Below, one piece after another: positions 17,225 to 25,511 of a stretch of 64,000 nucleotides of DNA (position 1 is its first letter; each line of letters begins with the position of its first letter). The position numbers and the translations under genes are program-made. The DNA lies in the IMG/VR virus record IMGVR_UViG_3300037471_000583, positions 396 to 64,395 of that record; one strand, written 5' to 3'. The notes under the pieces were generated by a model, which saw only the letters and a program-made list of their open reading frames with translations, was not told the DNA's origin and did not search any database. The DNA is from a virus (Duplodnaviria > Caudoviricetes).

Positions 17225-17494
17225 ATGGATATCGAGACGTTAGGCGATGCATGGACCCACGGCGTAAAAGCCAAGATGTCGTGCGCCTTCGGAAATCGTG
17301 AAGGTCTGAAATCGATTCGAGAATGCACGTACCGGCTGGATCTCGACATGGAGACGCTGATCGCGACGCGGGGCAGGGACTTTCCGATGGCTAGGCTGGC
17401 AGAGCGGCTGCGGTGCCCGAGGTGCGGCAGCCGGCAAGTCAGGGTGATGTTCAGCTATCCGTCGCAGGGAGACCGACGGACGAACTTGGTGTAA
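17225..17494 (+). CDS. Small Zn-ribbon protein, SOS-regulated, probably leaderless
   Basis: C..C-type pattern ending RLRCPRCGSRQV; no SD sequence. Confidence 0.75.
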   Translation: MDIETLGDAWTHGVKAKMSCAFGNREGLKSIRECTYRLDLDMETLIATRGRDFPMARLAERLRCPRCGSRQVRVMFSYPSQGDRRTNLV

Positions 17495-17632
17495 CGACGA
17501 CGAACCAAAATATGCGCGTCGACTAGAATATTATTTCACTTAAGGTGATGATTTTGCTTAGAAAATTAACTGTTTGTGGTATGATCTGCCATTCATTATC
17601 GCGCATGTTGGCGCACCTGCGGAGGCAGTCCC

Positions 17633-18394
17633 ATGGCAGAGACTTCAATCGAATGGACCGATGCAACGTGGAACCCGGTGGCTGGATGTACGATCCTGAC
17701 CGCCGGCTGCACGAATTGTTACGCGATGCGTATGGCGGCGCGCCTCGAAGCGATGGGCACTGAAAAATATGCCGGCCTGACCCGCAAGACTGGCGGACGC
17801 GCGAAGTGGACCGGCAAGATATTCCTCGACTGGAAGGCGCTGGATATCCCGGCAAAATGGTCGCGGCCGCGGATGATTTTCGTCAACTCGATGTCCGACC
17901 TATTCCATGCCGACGTGCCGGTCGGCTTCATCGCGGCGGTCTGGGAAACGATGGCCAGGACGCCGCAGCACACCTATCAGATCCTCACCAAGCGCCCCGA
18001 TCGCATGGCGGAAATCCTGCCCGGCCGCCAATTCAGGGTGCTGCCGAACGTCTGGCTTGGTGCGAGCGCCGAAGACGGGCGTGTCCTCCACCGCCTCGAC
18101 GAGTTGCGGCGTGTGCCAGCTGCCATTCGCTTTGTTTCATTCGAGCCGCTGATCGGGTCTGTCGCTGGCGCCGATCTTACCGATATCCATTGGGCGATCG
18201 TCGGCGGTGAGTCGGGGCCAGCAGCGCGTCACATGGACCCGGAATGGGTTCACGAGATCGAAGGGATGTGCCGCCGCGCCGGAACCGCATTTTTCTTCAA
18301 GCAATGGGGCGGCAAGAACAAGAAGGCCGCTGGCCGGGAGATCAACGGCCGGACCTATGACGAGATGCCGGGGACTGCACAAATGACTTTGTGA
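17633..18394 (+). CDS. DUF5131 (phage Gp37/Gp68, three-Cys motif) protein
   Basis: IEWTDATWNPVAGC...GCTNCYA, IFVNSMSDLFH, YQILTKRP, FVSFEPL, WAIVGGESG, FFFKQWGG. Confidence 0.92.
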   Translation: MAETSIEWTDATWNPVAGCTILTAGCTNCYAMRMAARLEAMGTEKYAGLTRKTGGRAKWTGKIFLDWKALDIPAKWSRPRMIFVNSMSDLFHADVPVGFIAAVWETMARTPQHTYQILTKRPDRMAEILPGRQFRVLPNVWLGASAEDGRVLHRLDELRRVPAAIRFVSFEPLIGSVAGADLTDIHWAIVGGESGPAARHMDPEWVHEIEGMCRRAGTAFFFKQWGGKNKKAAGREINGRTYDEMPGTAQMTL

Positions 18395-19271
18395 TGGCAG
18401 TGCCGAAGGAGCGGGCGAGGGAAATTGCCCGCTCGGATGGATTGGATATTGCGCAGAAAAGAGAGAACCTTTGCGGACGGTCTACGGGCGGAAGTGGATA
18501 TGGGTCGAGCACCTCCGGGAATATCGTTCTGAGCCTATCCCTTACGTATCGCTCAAGCCCATTTACGTCAGCGTTTCGCTGACGCGTTTCCTCGATCTCC
18601 ATGCCCTCTAAAAGGCTCGCCACTGGCGGAACCGACGAATATAATTCGCGCTTCCATTCGTCATTACCAAGCATTCGCGTGATTGCGCGCTCTTTAGCGG
18701 TATCGATCTTGCTAGCATCGCGGGCGGCTTGGCGGTATAGGCCCGAAAGAGGGAACAAATACCAGACGTCGATCGCCTGCGTCTCCGCAATCATCCGCAG
18801 GGTATCCCATTCGACTTCCATGCCATACGGGTCAAGAAACATGACCGCGCGAGTGGATTTCCATCCATCCCATTTTATTTCATCGCGGATTAAATCGTTT
18901 GCATTTCCTTGAAGAACCGTGATGTCTCTGCCAGGATTGGATGCTTTCAGAGCTTTCAATGCTGCAACGTGCTTGGGCTTAACGTCCATAAAAACGAGCC
19001 GCTCAAATGCGGGTTGTATTTCAATGGCTATTCTTGCCGAACCCCGACGCTGTTCGACGTATTCTGGCGTCGGCTCGTCGAAAAGATCACCGTCCTTTGC
19101 CTTGACACGTACTGTGCGATTGCCGGTGCCGGCAAAGGCGTCGATATACCAGACCCGATCGCACCAATTGTGCAGAGCAGCTGAATACCGCTTGAGATAA
19201 CTCTCGACAATTGCGAGCTTTATATCCGTGTGTTGTCCGCCAAATTCATGCGCGTCAATCAAGTCGTCCAT
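18342..19271 (-). CDS. tcmP: Three-Cys-motif partner protein (SAM-dependent methyltransferase-like)
   Basis: FGG.HT..KL, YIDAFAGTG, GDAN-like GNAN, FLDPYG; paired with DUF5131. Confidence 0.88.
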   Translation of the reverse strand: MDDLIDAHEFGGQHTDIKLAIVESYLKRYSAALHNWCDRVWYIDAFAGTGNRTVRVKAKDGDLFDEPTPEYVEQRRGSARIAIEIQPAFERLVFMDVKPKHVAALKALKASNPGRDITVLQGNANDLIRDEIKWDGWKSTRAVMFLDPYGMEVEWDTLRMIAETQAIDVWYLFPLSGLYRQAARDASKIDTAKERAITRMLGNDEWKRELYSSVPPVASLLEGMEIEETRQRNADVNGLERYVRDRLRTIFPEVLDPYPLPPVDRPQRFSLFCAISNPSERAISLARSFGTAITKSFVQSPASRHRSGR

Positions 19272-19428
19272 CGCGCGCCTCCGGCCGATGCTCATAGCAA
19301 AACCAGTCGTACTCCCCCTTGCCGCGGGCATAGCCGAACCCACCCCACTTCGTGCAGCCTGGGAACTGGCAATAGTGCTCGTACGGCCTGGTCTGCGGTG
19401 GCTTAGGTGCGGAGGTGTCGTCGCTCAT
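19255..19428 (-). CDS. Small Cys/His protein
   Basis: YEHYCQFPGCTKWGGFG..WFCYEH. Confidence 0.6.
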   Translation of the reverse strand: MSDDTSAPKPPQTRPYEHYCQFPGCTKWGGFGYARGKGEYDWFCYEHRPEARDGRLD

Positions 19429-19868
19429 TGGGGGTGATCCAATTTCGTCCACTGTCCGGTTGCCCCAAGCATGCCGTCCACCTCGACCATCGGCTGAAAT
19501 ACTGCGCCATCCGTTCCTTGAATGCGCATGTAGCAGTAGGACCGCTTGTGAAGCACCGTTGCAGTTTCGTCAGTGCCTTCGTAGTCAACCAATATGCGCA
19601 CATCCACAGGCTGCCATTTGCCGGAAGCAAGATCGGCCAGTTTCTCGTTGAGAGCCAATTGTCTGGCCCCTGCTTTTTTGAACAGCGCGGTTACATCTGC
19701 TGCGGTGAGCACATGCACATCAACAGTGTCCGAAAGGCGCCGGTAGGTTTGCGGCACGGAGAGACGTGATTTGATCGCGATCTCGCAGGCATCAACAAAA
19801 CGAGCCTCATCAGCGGCAATCGCGAATTGCGGTAACAGGACCATTGCCAACGCTAAGGTCAGTTTCAT
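19425..19868 (-). CDS. Secreted/periplasmic protein
   Basis: Signal peptide MKLTLALAMVLLPQFAIA; two Cys. Confidence 0.75.
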   Translation of the reverse strand: MKLTLALAMVLLPQFAIAADEARFVDACEIAIKSRLSVPQTYRRLSDTVDVHVLTAADVTALFKKAGARQLALNEKLADLASGKWQPVDVRILVDYEGTDETATVLHKRSYCYMRIQGTDGAVFQPMVEVDGMLGATGQWTKLDHPQ

Positions 19869-20221
19869 GGCTTCATCACCTTATTGCAGGTGTAGGCGAA
19901 CGCCGCCAACTCCTTGCGGGTCGAAGGGTCCGTCACGCTCTCGATCATTCGCTTGCCATTGGTCATGACTGAGATGAGCACGCCTTCGAACGTTCCTTCG
20001 CACAGAACACCCTTTGCCAGGTTCTTGCAGGGTAAGGTGCGGCTCGGCATCGCCTTCCCGGCTATTCTCCCGGACAGGTAAATCCGGCCCGGCTTCAACA
20101 CGACGCTCCTGACCGAACTCGTGCGCTGGCCGTTGATCATGCCAGCGACAGTCCTGCACTCAGCTGACTGAGCAGCGAGCGGTAGCACGAAGAAAATCAG
20201 GAATGAAACCAAAGCCTTCAA
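19865..20221 (-). CDS. Secreted/periplasmic protein
   Basis: TTG start after GGAGGAG; signal peptide MKALVSFLIFFVLPLAAQS; four Cys. Confidence 0.7.
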   Translation of the reverse strand: MKALVSFLIFFVLPLAAQSAECRTVAGMINGQRTSSVRSVVLKPGRIYLSGRIAGKAMPSRTLPCKNLAKGVLCEGTFEGVLISVMTNGKRMIESVTDPSTRKELAAFAYTCNKVMKP

Positions 20222-20280
20222 CGAATCACTCCTCCGGTTGAATTTTCCGACTCGACTCTCGTTAAGATTCCTGCTTCCAT

Positions 20281-20295
20281 GAACGAAATAAGAAC
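20281..20295 (+). promoter_or_regulatory. LexA (SOS) box
   Basis: GAAC-GAAATAA-GAAC in the intergenic region between divergent genes. Confidence 0.6.
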
Positions 20296-20311
20296 AAACA
20301 GGAGAGAACAA

Positions 20312-20482
20312 ATGCTGCGGAAAGCGGAAAGCAAGTCTATCGTGCCGCCTGCCGACAAGCCCAAAGACGCGCCGGCCGAGATTGAAGAATCGTCGCCTGA
20401 AAATACCGAAAGATGGCTGCTGAACGGCTCGGTGCCGATATTCCGCCGTCTCGATGTCGACTCTCCGCGGCGCATGTCTTGA
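20312..20482 (+). CDS. Small protein convergent with cI
   Basis: GGAG RBS, then MLRKAESK; its stop abuts the cI stop; lies downstream of the LexA box. Confidence 0.5.
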   Translation: MLRKAESKSIVPPADKPKDAPAEIEESSPENTERWLLNGSVPIFRRLDVDSPRRMS

Positions 20483-21268
20483 TCACTTCCTTGAGATATG
20501 GCTGACGATGCGGCCGACGATTGTCAGCCGAGAGAGCTCGACGGTAAACCGCTCAAGGTTCGGGTTGTCAGAGATGATGACGACCTGGGGCGGCTCGCTA
20601 AACGGGATCCTCTGCAGTCGCTTTATCTGCGGCTCGCCGAAACCGTCGCTGATTGCATAGACGGTATCCGTGGTCATTGCGTTCTGCGATAGATCGACAA
20701 TCACCTTGTCGCCGGGCAGGTAGGTCGGCGTCATGCTATCGCCGATTATATCATGAATCAGCGCATGGCTCGGCGATGCGCCGACCACGTTCCTCAGATA
20801 GTCTTCCGGTATCACCCATTCGGCGATCACTCGATGGCCGGTTACCGCGCCGCCGCCGACCGGTAGATTGATGGTCTCGCCGACGATGCCATGCCCGGCG
20901 CCGAGCTTCACGTCGATCTCGGGAATCGCTCCTTGAATGCGAGGCTGCCAGTGTTCCCTGGTGTAGCTGCCGGGCTGAGCTTCGCCCTCTTCCTGCTCAT
21001 CAACAAACTCTTGCTCCGCCGCGTCTGGGTCGAAACTGGACACCAGCCGGATGTCGGGCCGGCGACCTGGTGGCCTGTTCAGCATCAGGTCTTCGGCTGA
21101 GACGTTGAGATATTGAGCCATCTCCTTCGCCCGATCGAGCTTGAGTTTGGAGTGGTCATTCGCGAGTCGATTGATCGTCGCGCGCGACACGTCGAGCTTG
21201 TCCGCAAGGTCTTCCTGCGACTTGATCGGCGACGCTTTGATGAATGGGTCAAGCCAGTTCGTTTCCAT
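20483..21268 (-). CDS. cI: CI-like repressor (HTH + S24 peptidase)
   Basis: SQEDLADKLDVSRATINRLAN HTH; GDSMTP serine and IKRL lysine. Confidence 0.93.
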   Translation of the reverse strand: METNWLDPFIKASPIKSQEDLADKLDVSRATINRLANDHSKLKLDRAKEMAQYLNVSAEDLMLNRPPGRRPDIRLVSSFDPDAAEQEFVDEQEEGEAQPGSYTREHWQPRIQGAIPEIDVKLGAGHGIVGETINLPVGGGAVTGHRVIAEWVIPEDYLRNVVGASPSHALIHDIIGDSMTPTYLPGDKVIVDLSQNAMTTDTVYAISDGFGEPQIKRLQRIPFSEPPQVVIISDNPNLERFTVELSRLTIVGRIVSHISRK

Positions 21269-21364
21269 GGCTCAAATTATGCGACACCCTGCAAAAGCGT
21301 TCTATGCCATAAAATGTTACACTGCCCTTGACGAGCAAGAAAAAATGTAGCAAAACATGCGACA
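21268..21364. promoter_or_regulatory. OR switch region: pRM-like and pR-like promoters with three operators
   Basis: Minus strand TAGAAC-17-CATAAT-7-ATG(cI); plus strand TTGACG-16-GCAAAAC. Operators at 21268-21286, 21303-21321 and 21346-21364 (TGTAGC-N7-GCGACA). Confidence 0.8.
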
Positions 21365-21612
21365 TGACCCTTGAGACCTACATCCACGAGAACACTACCG
21401 TAACCGCTTTTGCTGCGCTGATCGGCAAGAGCAGGGCGCAAGTGCACCGGTACATGCGCGGGGAAAATCTCACGAAAGCGATCATCGACGAGATCGTTGA
21501 CGTCACTGGCGGCCAGGTCACAGCTGCGTCGTTCTTCGATCCGCCGGCTGCTGCCGTGGCATCCCCCACAGACCAGCCATCCGAGCGGGAGAACGCCGGG
21601 AGGGCAGCATGA
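21364..21612 (+). CDS. cro: Cro-like HTH protein
   Basis: Divergent from cI; TVTAFAALIGKSRAQVHRYMRG, IVDVTGGQVT. Confidence 0.85.
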   Translation: MTLETYIHENTTVTAFAALIGKSRAQVHRYMRGENLTKAIIDEIVDVTGGQVTAASFFDPPAAAVASPTDQPSERENAGRAA

Positions 21613-21839
21613 ACTACGACCAGCGGGAAGACGCATACGCGGCCGAGCGGTCGCAAATCAAAATCATCAAGCGCGGGAAGAAGGCGGAAGACAAGATTTA
21701 CCAGGGAACCTGCCGCAATTGCGAGACAGTTATCGAGTTCCCGAGAGGCGCAGCCAAGTTCACCGACGATCAGCGCGATGGTGCCTACCTGTCCGTCACA
21801 TGCCCGGTGTGCAGCCGCTCGATCACGGTGGAGGTGTAG
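21609..21839 (+). CDS. Zn-ribbon protein
   Basis: CRNC...CPVC. Confidence 0.7.
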   Translation: MNYDQREDAYAAERSQIKIIKRGKKAEDKIYQGTCRNCETVIEFPRGAAKFTDDQRDGAYLSVTCPVCSRSITVEV

Positions 21840-22199
21840 ATGACCTCCTCCTCGCTTCTCCGTTCCGCCCGCAAGCTGATATCCGACGAACGCAACTGGA
21901 TAAGCGGCAAGGGCTGGAAAGAAGACACCCGCATGGCGGAAGACAGCCGCGGCCGGGAGATCGACCCACGGCATGAAGCCGCCCGGCGATTCACACTGGA
22001 CGGCGCGCTGCTTCGTTGTGCCGATCTCGGCACGAAAGACGGGCAAGGCGATTACCATCAAGTGGTCCAGCACCTCCGGTCGATGGCAAAGGGCAAGACG
22101 CTCGCCGAGATCAACGATCTGAAATCGCACAAGACGATCCTCGAAATGATGGAGCGGGCGGCGGCGGCGCTGAATGTCGAGCAAAGGATTGCGGCATGA
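21840..22199 (+). CDS. Hypothetical protein (DUF6197-like)
   Basis: ARKLISDERNW, F.LDGAL, EIND..SH..IL pattern. Confidence 0.6.
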   Translation: MTSSSLLRSARKLISDERNWISGKGWKEDTRMAEDSRGREIDPRHEAARRFTLDGALLRCADLGTKDGQGDYHQVVQHLRSMAKGKTLAEINDLKSHKTILEMMERAAAALNVEQRIAA

Positions 22200-22465
22200 G
22201 CTGGAACTTCGATATCGAAGCCATTCCCCGCGATGGCCAGAAACTCTGGATCGAAACCGCCAAGCGCCAAGTCTTGATCAGCTGGTGCGCCAGGAAGTCG
22301 CCGCACAACCGGCGCGGCGGTTTCGTCAATGTCCAGTCCGAGGATGAGATCGTTGCTTGGCAGCCTTACGTCGTGCCGGCCGCCAGCGGCATCGGCCGGC
22401 GGATGCCGGTGACCAAGCACAGTTTTGATTTCATGCCGATCATCGAAGATGTGGGGAGTGTGTGA
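22196..22465 (+). CDS. Hypothetical protein (DUF551-like)
   Basis: WNFDIEAIPRDG, IVAWQPY. Confidence 0.55.
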   Translation: MSWNFDIEAIPRDGQKLWIETAKRQVLISWCARKSPHNRRGGFVNVQSEDEIVAWQPYVVPAASGIGRRMPVTKHSFDFMPIIEDVGSV

Positions 22466-22468
22466 CTG

Positions 22469-22783
22469 ATGAGCGACTGGATCAAAAACGCCAAGCCAGG
22501 CCAGCAAATAGTCTGCATTGACGCTGACGGGTCCTGCGGAACCTTGGAGGAGCGCCGCATCTACACGATCAGCGATGTGGTGGAGACCTACGGCTGCGGC
22601 ACTTCCCGCAACATTTCGCAGTGGACCGATATCGATGTTAGGCTGATTGAGACCTCTCCGCCGGTCGACTTGGATGGCTTCCATCCGCGGCGCTTCCGCC
22701 CGCTCCAGCCGCGCCAGACCGACATCAGCGCATTGACCGCCCTCCTGAACTTCGCTCCGGCGCCAATTGAGGAGGACGCCTGA
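22469..22783 (+). CDS. Hypothetical protein
   Basis: GQQIVCID, RRFRPL, TDISAL. Confidence 0.65.
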   Translation: MSDWIKNAKPGQQIVCIDADGSCGTLEERRIYTISDVVETYGCGTSRNISQWTDIDVRLIETSPPVDLDGFHPRRFRPLQPRQTDISALTALLNFAPAPIEEDA

Positions 22784-23092
22784 ATGCCCGACCTCCGCGC
22801 CCGCGCTATCCAACTCGTCACCAATGAGCCAGACCTCTGCATGGAGATCGCGAAGGTGATCGCCGAGCAGGCACCGGCTGGCCTCACTCCGAAACAACTC
22901 GAACTCTACGAATTCGTGAAGGCCTACAAAGAGACCTTCGATATCCCGCCGACCTTCGGAGAGATGGCACGGGCCGTGGGCCTCCAGAGCAGGTCCGGTG
23001 TGGACAGGTTGATCAGTGGGCTTGAGCGACGAGGCCTTGTCGCCCGCAAGAAGGGCCTGACGCGCGGCCTCCAGATCATTGGGAGCAGGTGA
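22784..23092 (+). CDS. LexA-type DNA-binding domain protein lacking the peptidase domain
   Basis: LTPKQLELYEFV, PPTFGEM, SRSGVDRLISGLERRG align by eye with the alpha-proteobacterial LexA N-terminal domain. Confidence 0.8.
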   Translation: MPDLRARAIQLVTNEPDLCMEIAKVIAEQAPAGLTPKQLELYEFVKAYKETFDIPPTFGEMARAVGLQSRSGVDRLISGLERRGLVARKKGLTRGLQIIGSR

Positions 23093-23093
23093 C

Positions 23094-23201
23094 ATGTGGT
23101 GGCTCATCGTCATCGGTGGCTTCTGGGTTGTGAGCGTAATCGTCGCTGCAGTGTGGGCCAGCCTTTCGGCTCAGCCGGTCAACAGCAAAGAGAAAATATG
23201 A
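23094..23201 (+). CDS. Small membrane peptide (35 aa)
   Basis: MWWLIVIGGFWVVSVIVAAVWASLSAQPVNSKEKI; GAGCAGG upstream. Confidence 0.5.
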   Translation: MWWLIVIGGFWVVSVIVAAVWASLSAQPVNSKEKI

Positions 23202-23283
23202 ATGTGGCGTCGGCCGCCTGATCTTGGCGGATTGCGGCCTTTGCCATTGGACTAAACCGCTGAGCACTCGCTCGGTGGCTGCG

Positions 23284-23322
23284 TGAGGAGGAGAGGCAGG
23301 GCACAGCGTGCTCTCCTCCTCA
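23284..23322 (+). other. Perfect 12-bp inverted repeat / hairpin
   Basis: TGAGGAGGAGAG-N15-CTCTCCTCCTCA in a non-coding interval. Confidence 0.7.
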
Positions 23323-23428
23323 TTCAAAGCCATCCGGTGGCGGGAAACTCAGCAAAGGATTGGGGTCAGGGCTCCTTTCCAAGCCCTCTGTTACTTCGAT
23401 GGGTTCAAGGTAGCAGAGGAAGTTTTGA

Positions 23429-23824
23429 ATGTACGGCAAAAGGATTTCCGAAGGCGGAAAAAGTGTTTCCGAGGGCGACATGAGTACGATTGCGTTAGAC
23501 GAAGCAAAAGAGTGGCACGATGATCTTATGGACGTCATGTACAAAGGGCGCGGAGACAAGGAAAAGGCCGTCCGTGGCCGCCTGTCGGACGCGACTGGCA
23601 TTCCAGAGAGCTATCTCTTCCGGCTTCAATACAAGTTTCGCGAAATGACGGATGTGGCTGGATCAGCTTACCGGGCGCTGATGCTGCTTCATGACGAACT
23701 ATGCACCCGGAACGAGGCGGCAGCCCAGAGGATGCGGGCCGAACGCTTAGAATTGAGGAACGCCCATGAGGCTAATCAAGAGCCTGCTGAACAGGCTGTG
23801 GGAATGGATTCTCCTGAAGATTGA
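23429..23824 (+). CDS. Putative CII-position DNA-binding protein
   Basis: RLSDATGIPESYLFRLQYK HTH-like segment; lies after the structured gap. Confidence 0.55.
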   Translation: MYGKRISEGGKSVSEGDMSTIALDEAKEWHDDLMDVMYKGRGDKEKAVRGRLSDATGIPESYLFRLQYKFREMTDVAGSAYRALMLLHDELCTRNEAAAQRMRAERLELRNAHEANQEPAEQAVGMDSPED

Positions 23825-23853
23825 GCGCGGTAGGCGCCGGAAAGGCAGTGGCA

Positions 23854-24408
23854 ATGGCAGCGATCGGTGACAACAAGACCTTCAGCGCTGATGATAGGCG
23901 AAAGCTATTCGCGCATCACTTCCGAACAGAGATCGCGGAGGAGACGAAGCGGCGGGAGGCTGCGGCGAGGAAGTCCGCAAACCGTAAGTTGGCGAAGGCC
24001 GCCGATCCGTCATTTACGGCTCAGAAGTTCGAACACTATTCCAAGGCCCATTTCGGCGAGGACGATCAGAAGCCGGTCGACAGGCTGAAGTCCGACAGGG
24101 AAAATCTCGAGTGGATGGGATTGATCCCGACAACCACAGGGAAGGATTTGCTCGGTCAAATCGACCGTGTCGACAAGGAAGGTATGATCCGCGCCAAGGG
24201 CTACAAGGCTGGCTTGCTCGGCTTGGAGCGCGTGTCGGGTTATGAAGGCGGCAGCGTGGATGATCGAATGTGGTTGGATTCCTACGATGCCGGCGAAAAG
24301 GAATACAAGGCCGATATCCCAGACATTCTCGCGCGCTGTCAAGCGGCGATGAACAACGAAGCGCCGCAAGATGGCGACGATCCATACGCCGATGACGACG
24401 AGGCGTAA
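23854..24408 (+). CDS. Conserved hypothetical protein
   Basis: MAAIGDNK start after AAAGG. Confidence 0.65.
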   Translation: MAAIGDNKTFSADDRRKLFAHHFRTEIAEETKRREAAARKSANRKLAKAADPSFTAQKFEHYSKAHFGEDDQKPVDRLKSDRENLEWMGLIPTTTGKDLLGQIDRVDKEGMIRAKGYKAGLLGLERVSGYEGGSVDDRMWLDSYDAGEKEYKADIPDILARCQAAMNNEAPQDGDDPYADDDEA

Positions 24409-24474
24409 CCAATCCTCCCAAGGATAGTCCCGACTGCCCGGCGCGAATGCCGGGACTTTCTTCCGGTAGAGCCG

Positions 24475-24807
24475 ATGCTTTCAAGAATTCAGACATTTTG
24501 CTGCCCGAACTGCGGCAACCGTATCGGCGAAGCCCAGCCGGTTGACATTCTCGCCTCTGGCGATCTCAAGCCGCAGCAACGCGTCATTATCAGAGCGATG
24601 CAGGCATCGATTGGTGCGTGGGTTGATGCCGCCGATCTCGCCGCAGCGCTCTGGGGCAGCGCGCAAAAGCTTCATAGCACTCCAGCCAGGCGCAGGCTGT
24701 CCGTCCTGATTGCCGATATGCAAGCCGATCTCGTTCGCTACGGATGGACCATCGCAGGCGACAGGCGCGGGCATTACAAGCTCATACCGATGGAGCGCGG
24801 CGCATGA
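24475..24807 (+). CDS. Winged-helix regulator-like protein
   Basis: CPNCG plus LAAALWG..LSVLIADM..GWTI..RGHYKL. Confidence 0.6.
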   Translation: MLSRIQTFCCPNCGNRIGEAQPVDILASGDLKPQQRVIIRAMQASIGAWVDAADLAAALWGSAQKLHSTPARRRLSVLIADMQADLVRYGWTIAGDRRGHYKLIPMERGA

Positions 24808-25511
24808 CCTGGGAAAAGAAGCGTAAGCCTGTCATCCTCGGTCTCGACATTTCGAAGACGACAGGTTGGGCCATTTTTGAGACGTGGGCCGATCCATCAA
24901 AGATCGCCACCGGGATCATCAGCTTCCCCGAAAAAGCATCCATCGAGTATTGCGCCGACCAGATGCAGGCAAAGCTTGCTGACCTGCTCAAGAATTACAA
25001 GAAAGCGAATCCTGCGACGGCGGAAATGCCAGATGGTGCAGAGATAGACTTCGCTGTTATCGAGACCGCGTTGAAGGCCAGCCCGAAGAAGGACTCATCG
25101 TCAATCGTTTCGTCTTGCATGCTCCATGGCGCGGTGTTGGCTACGCTATCTCGCTTCAAAATACCTTGGGGCACCATAGCCTCCCAGAGTTGGCGATCTC
25201 ACTTTTTCGCGGACGGGTTCAAGCCACCGCAGAAGATGATCATCAACAAAAAGACAGGCAAACCGAGGTTTGAGAACGACTGGAAAACGCCTGTCGTCAA
25301 TGCGTGTGAGCGGGACGGGATTTCGTTACCCCCGCAAACAACCTTGGCGCATAACGCGGCAGAGGCGGCAGCGATTGCGCAGCTCTACTTCCTGAAGGAG
25401 GTGAAGCATCATGCCGGGCGGTACGAGCCGGCTATCAAGGCAATCCGCGAACAGCACCTTACCAAGTCCACACGCAATTCTAACGACCTATTCGCGGAGC
25501 ACGCCGCATGA
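24804..25511 (+). CDS. RuvC-like Holliday junction resolvase
   Basis: ILGLDISKTTGWA, AVIET, NAAEAAAIA. Confidence 0.7.
   Translation: MTWEKKRKPVILGLDISKTTGWAIFETWADPSKIATGIISFPEKASIEYCADQMQAKLADLLKNYKKANPATAEMPDGAEIDFAVIETALKASPKKDSSSIVSSCMLHGAVLATLSRFKIPWGTIASQSWRSHFFADGFKPPQKMIINKKTGKPRFENDWKTPVVNACERDGISLPPQTTLAHNAAEAAAIAQLYFLKEVKHHAGRYEPAIKAIREQHLTKSTRNSNDLFAEHAA

Noticed and set aside
22466-22490. CTGATGAG hammerhead-like core
   Set aside because: It is a start-codon junction with no stem II or GAAA following.
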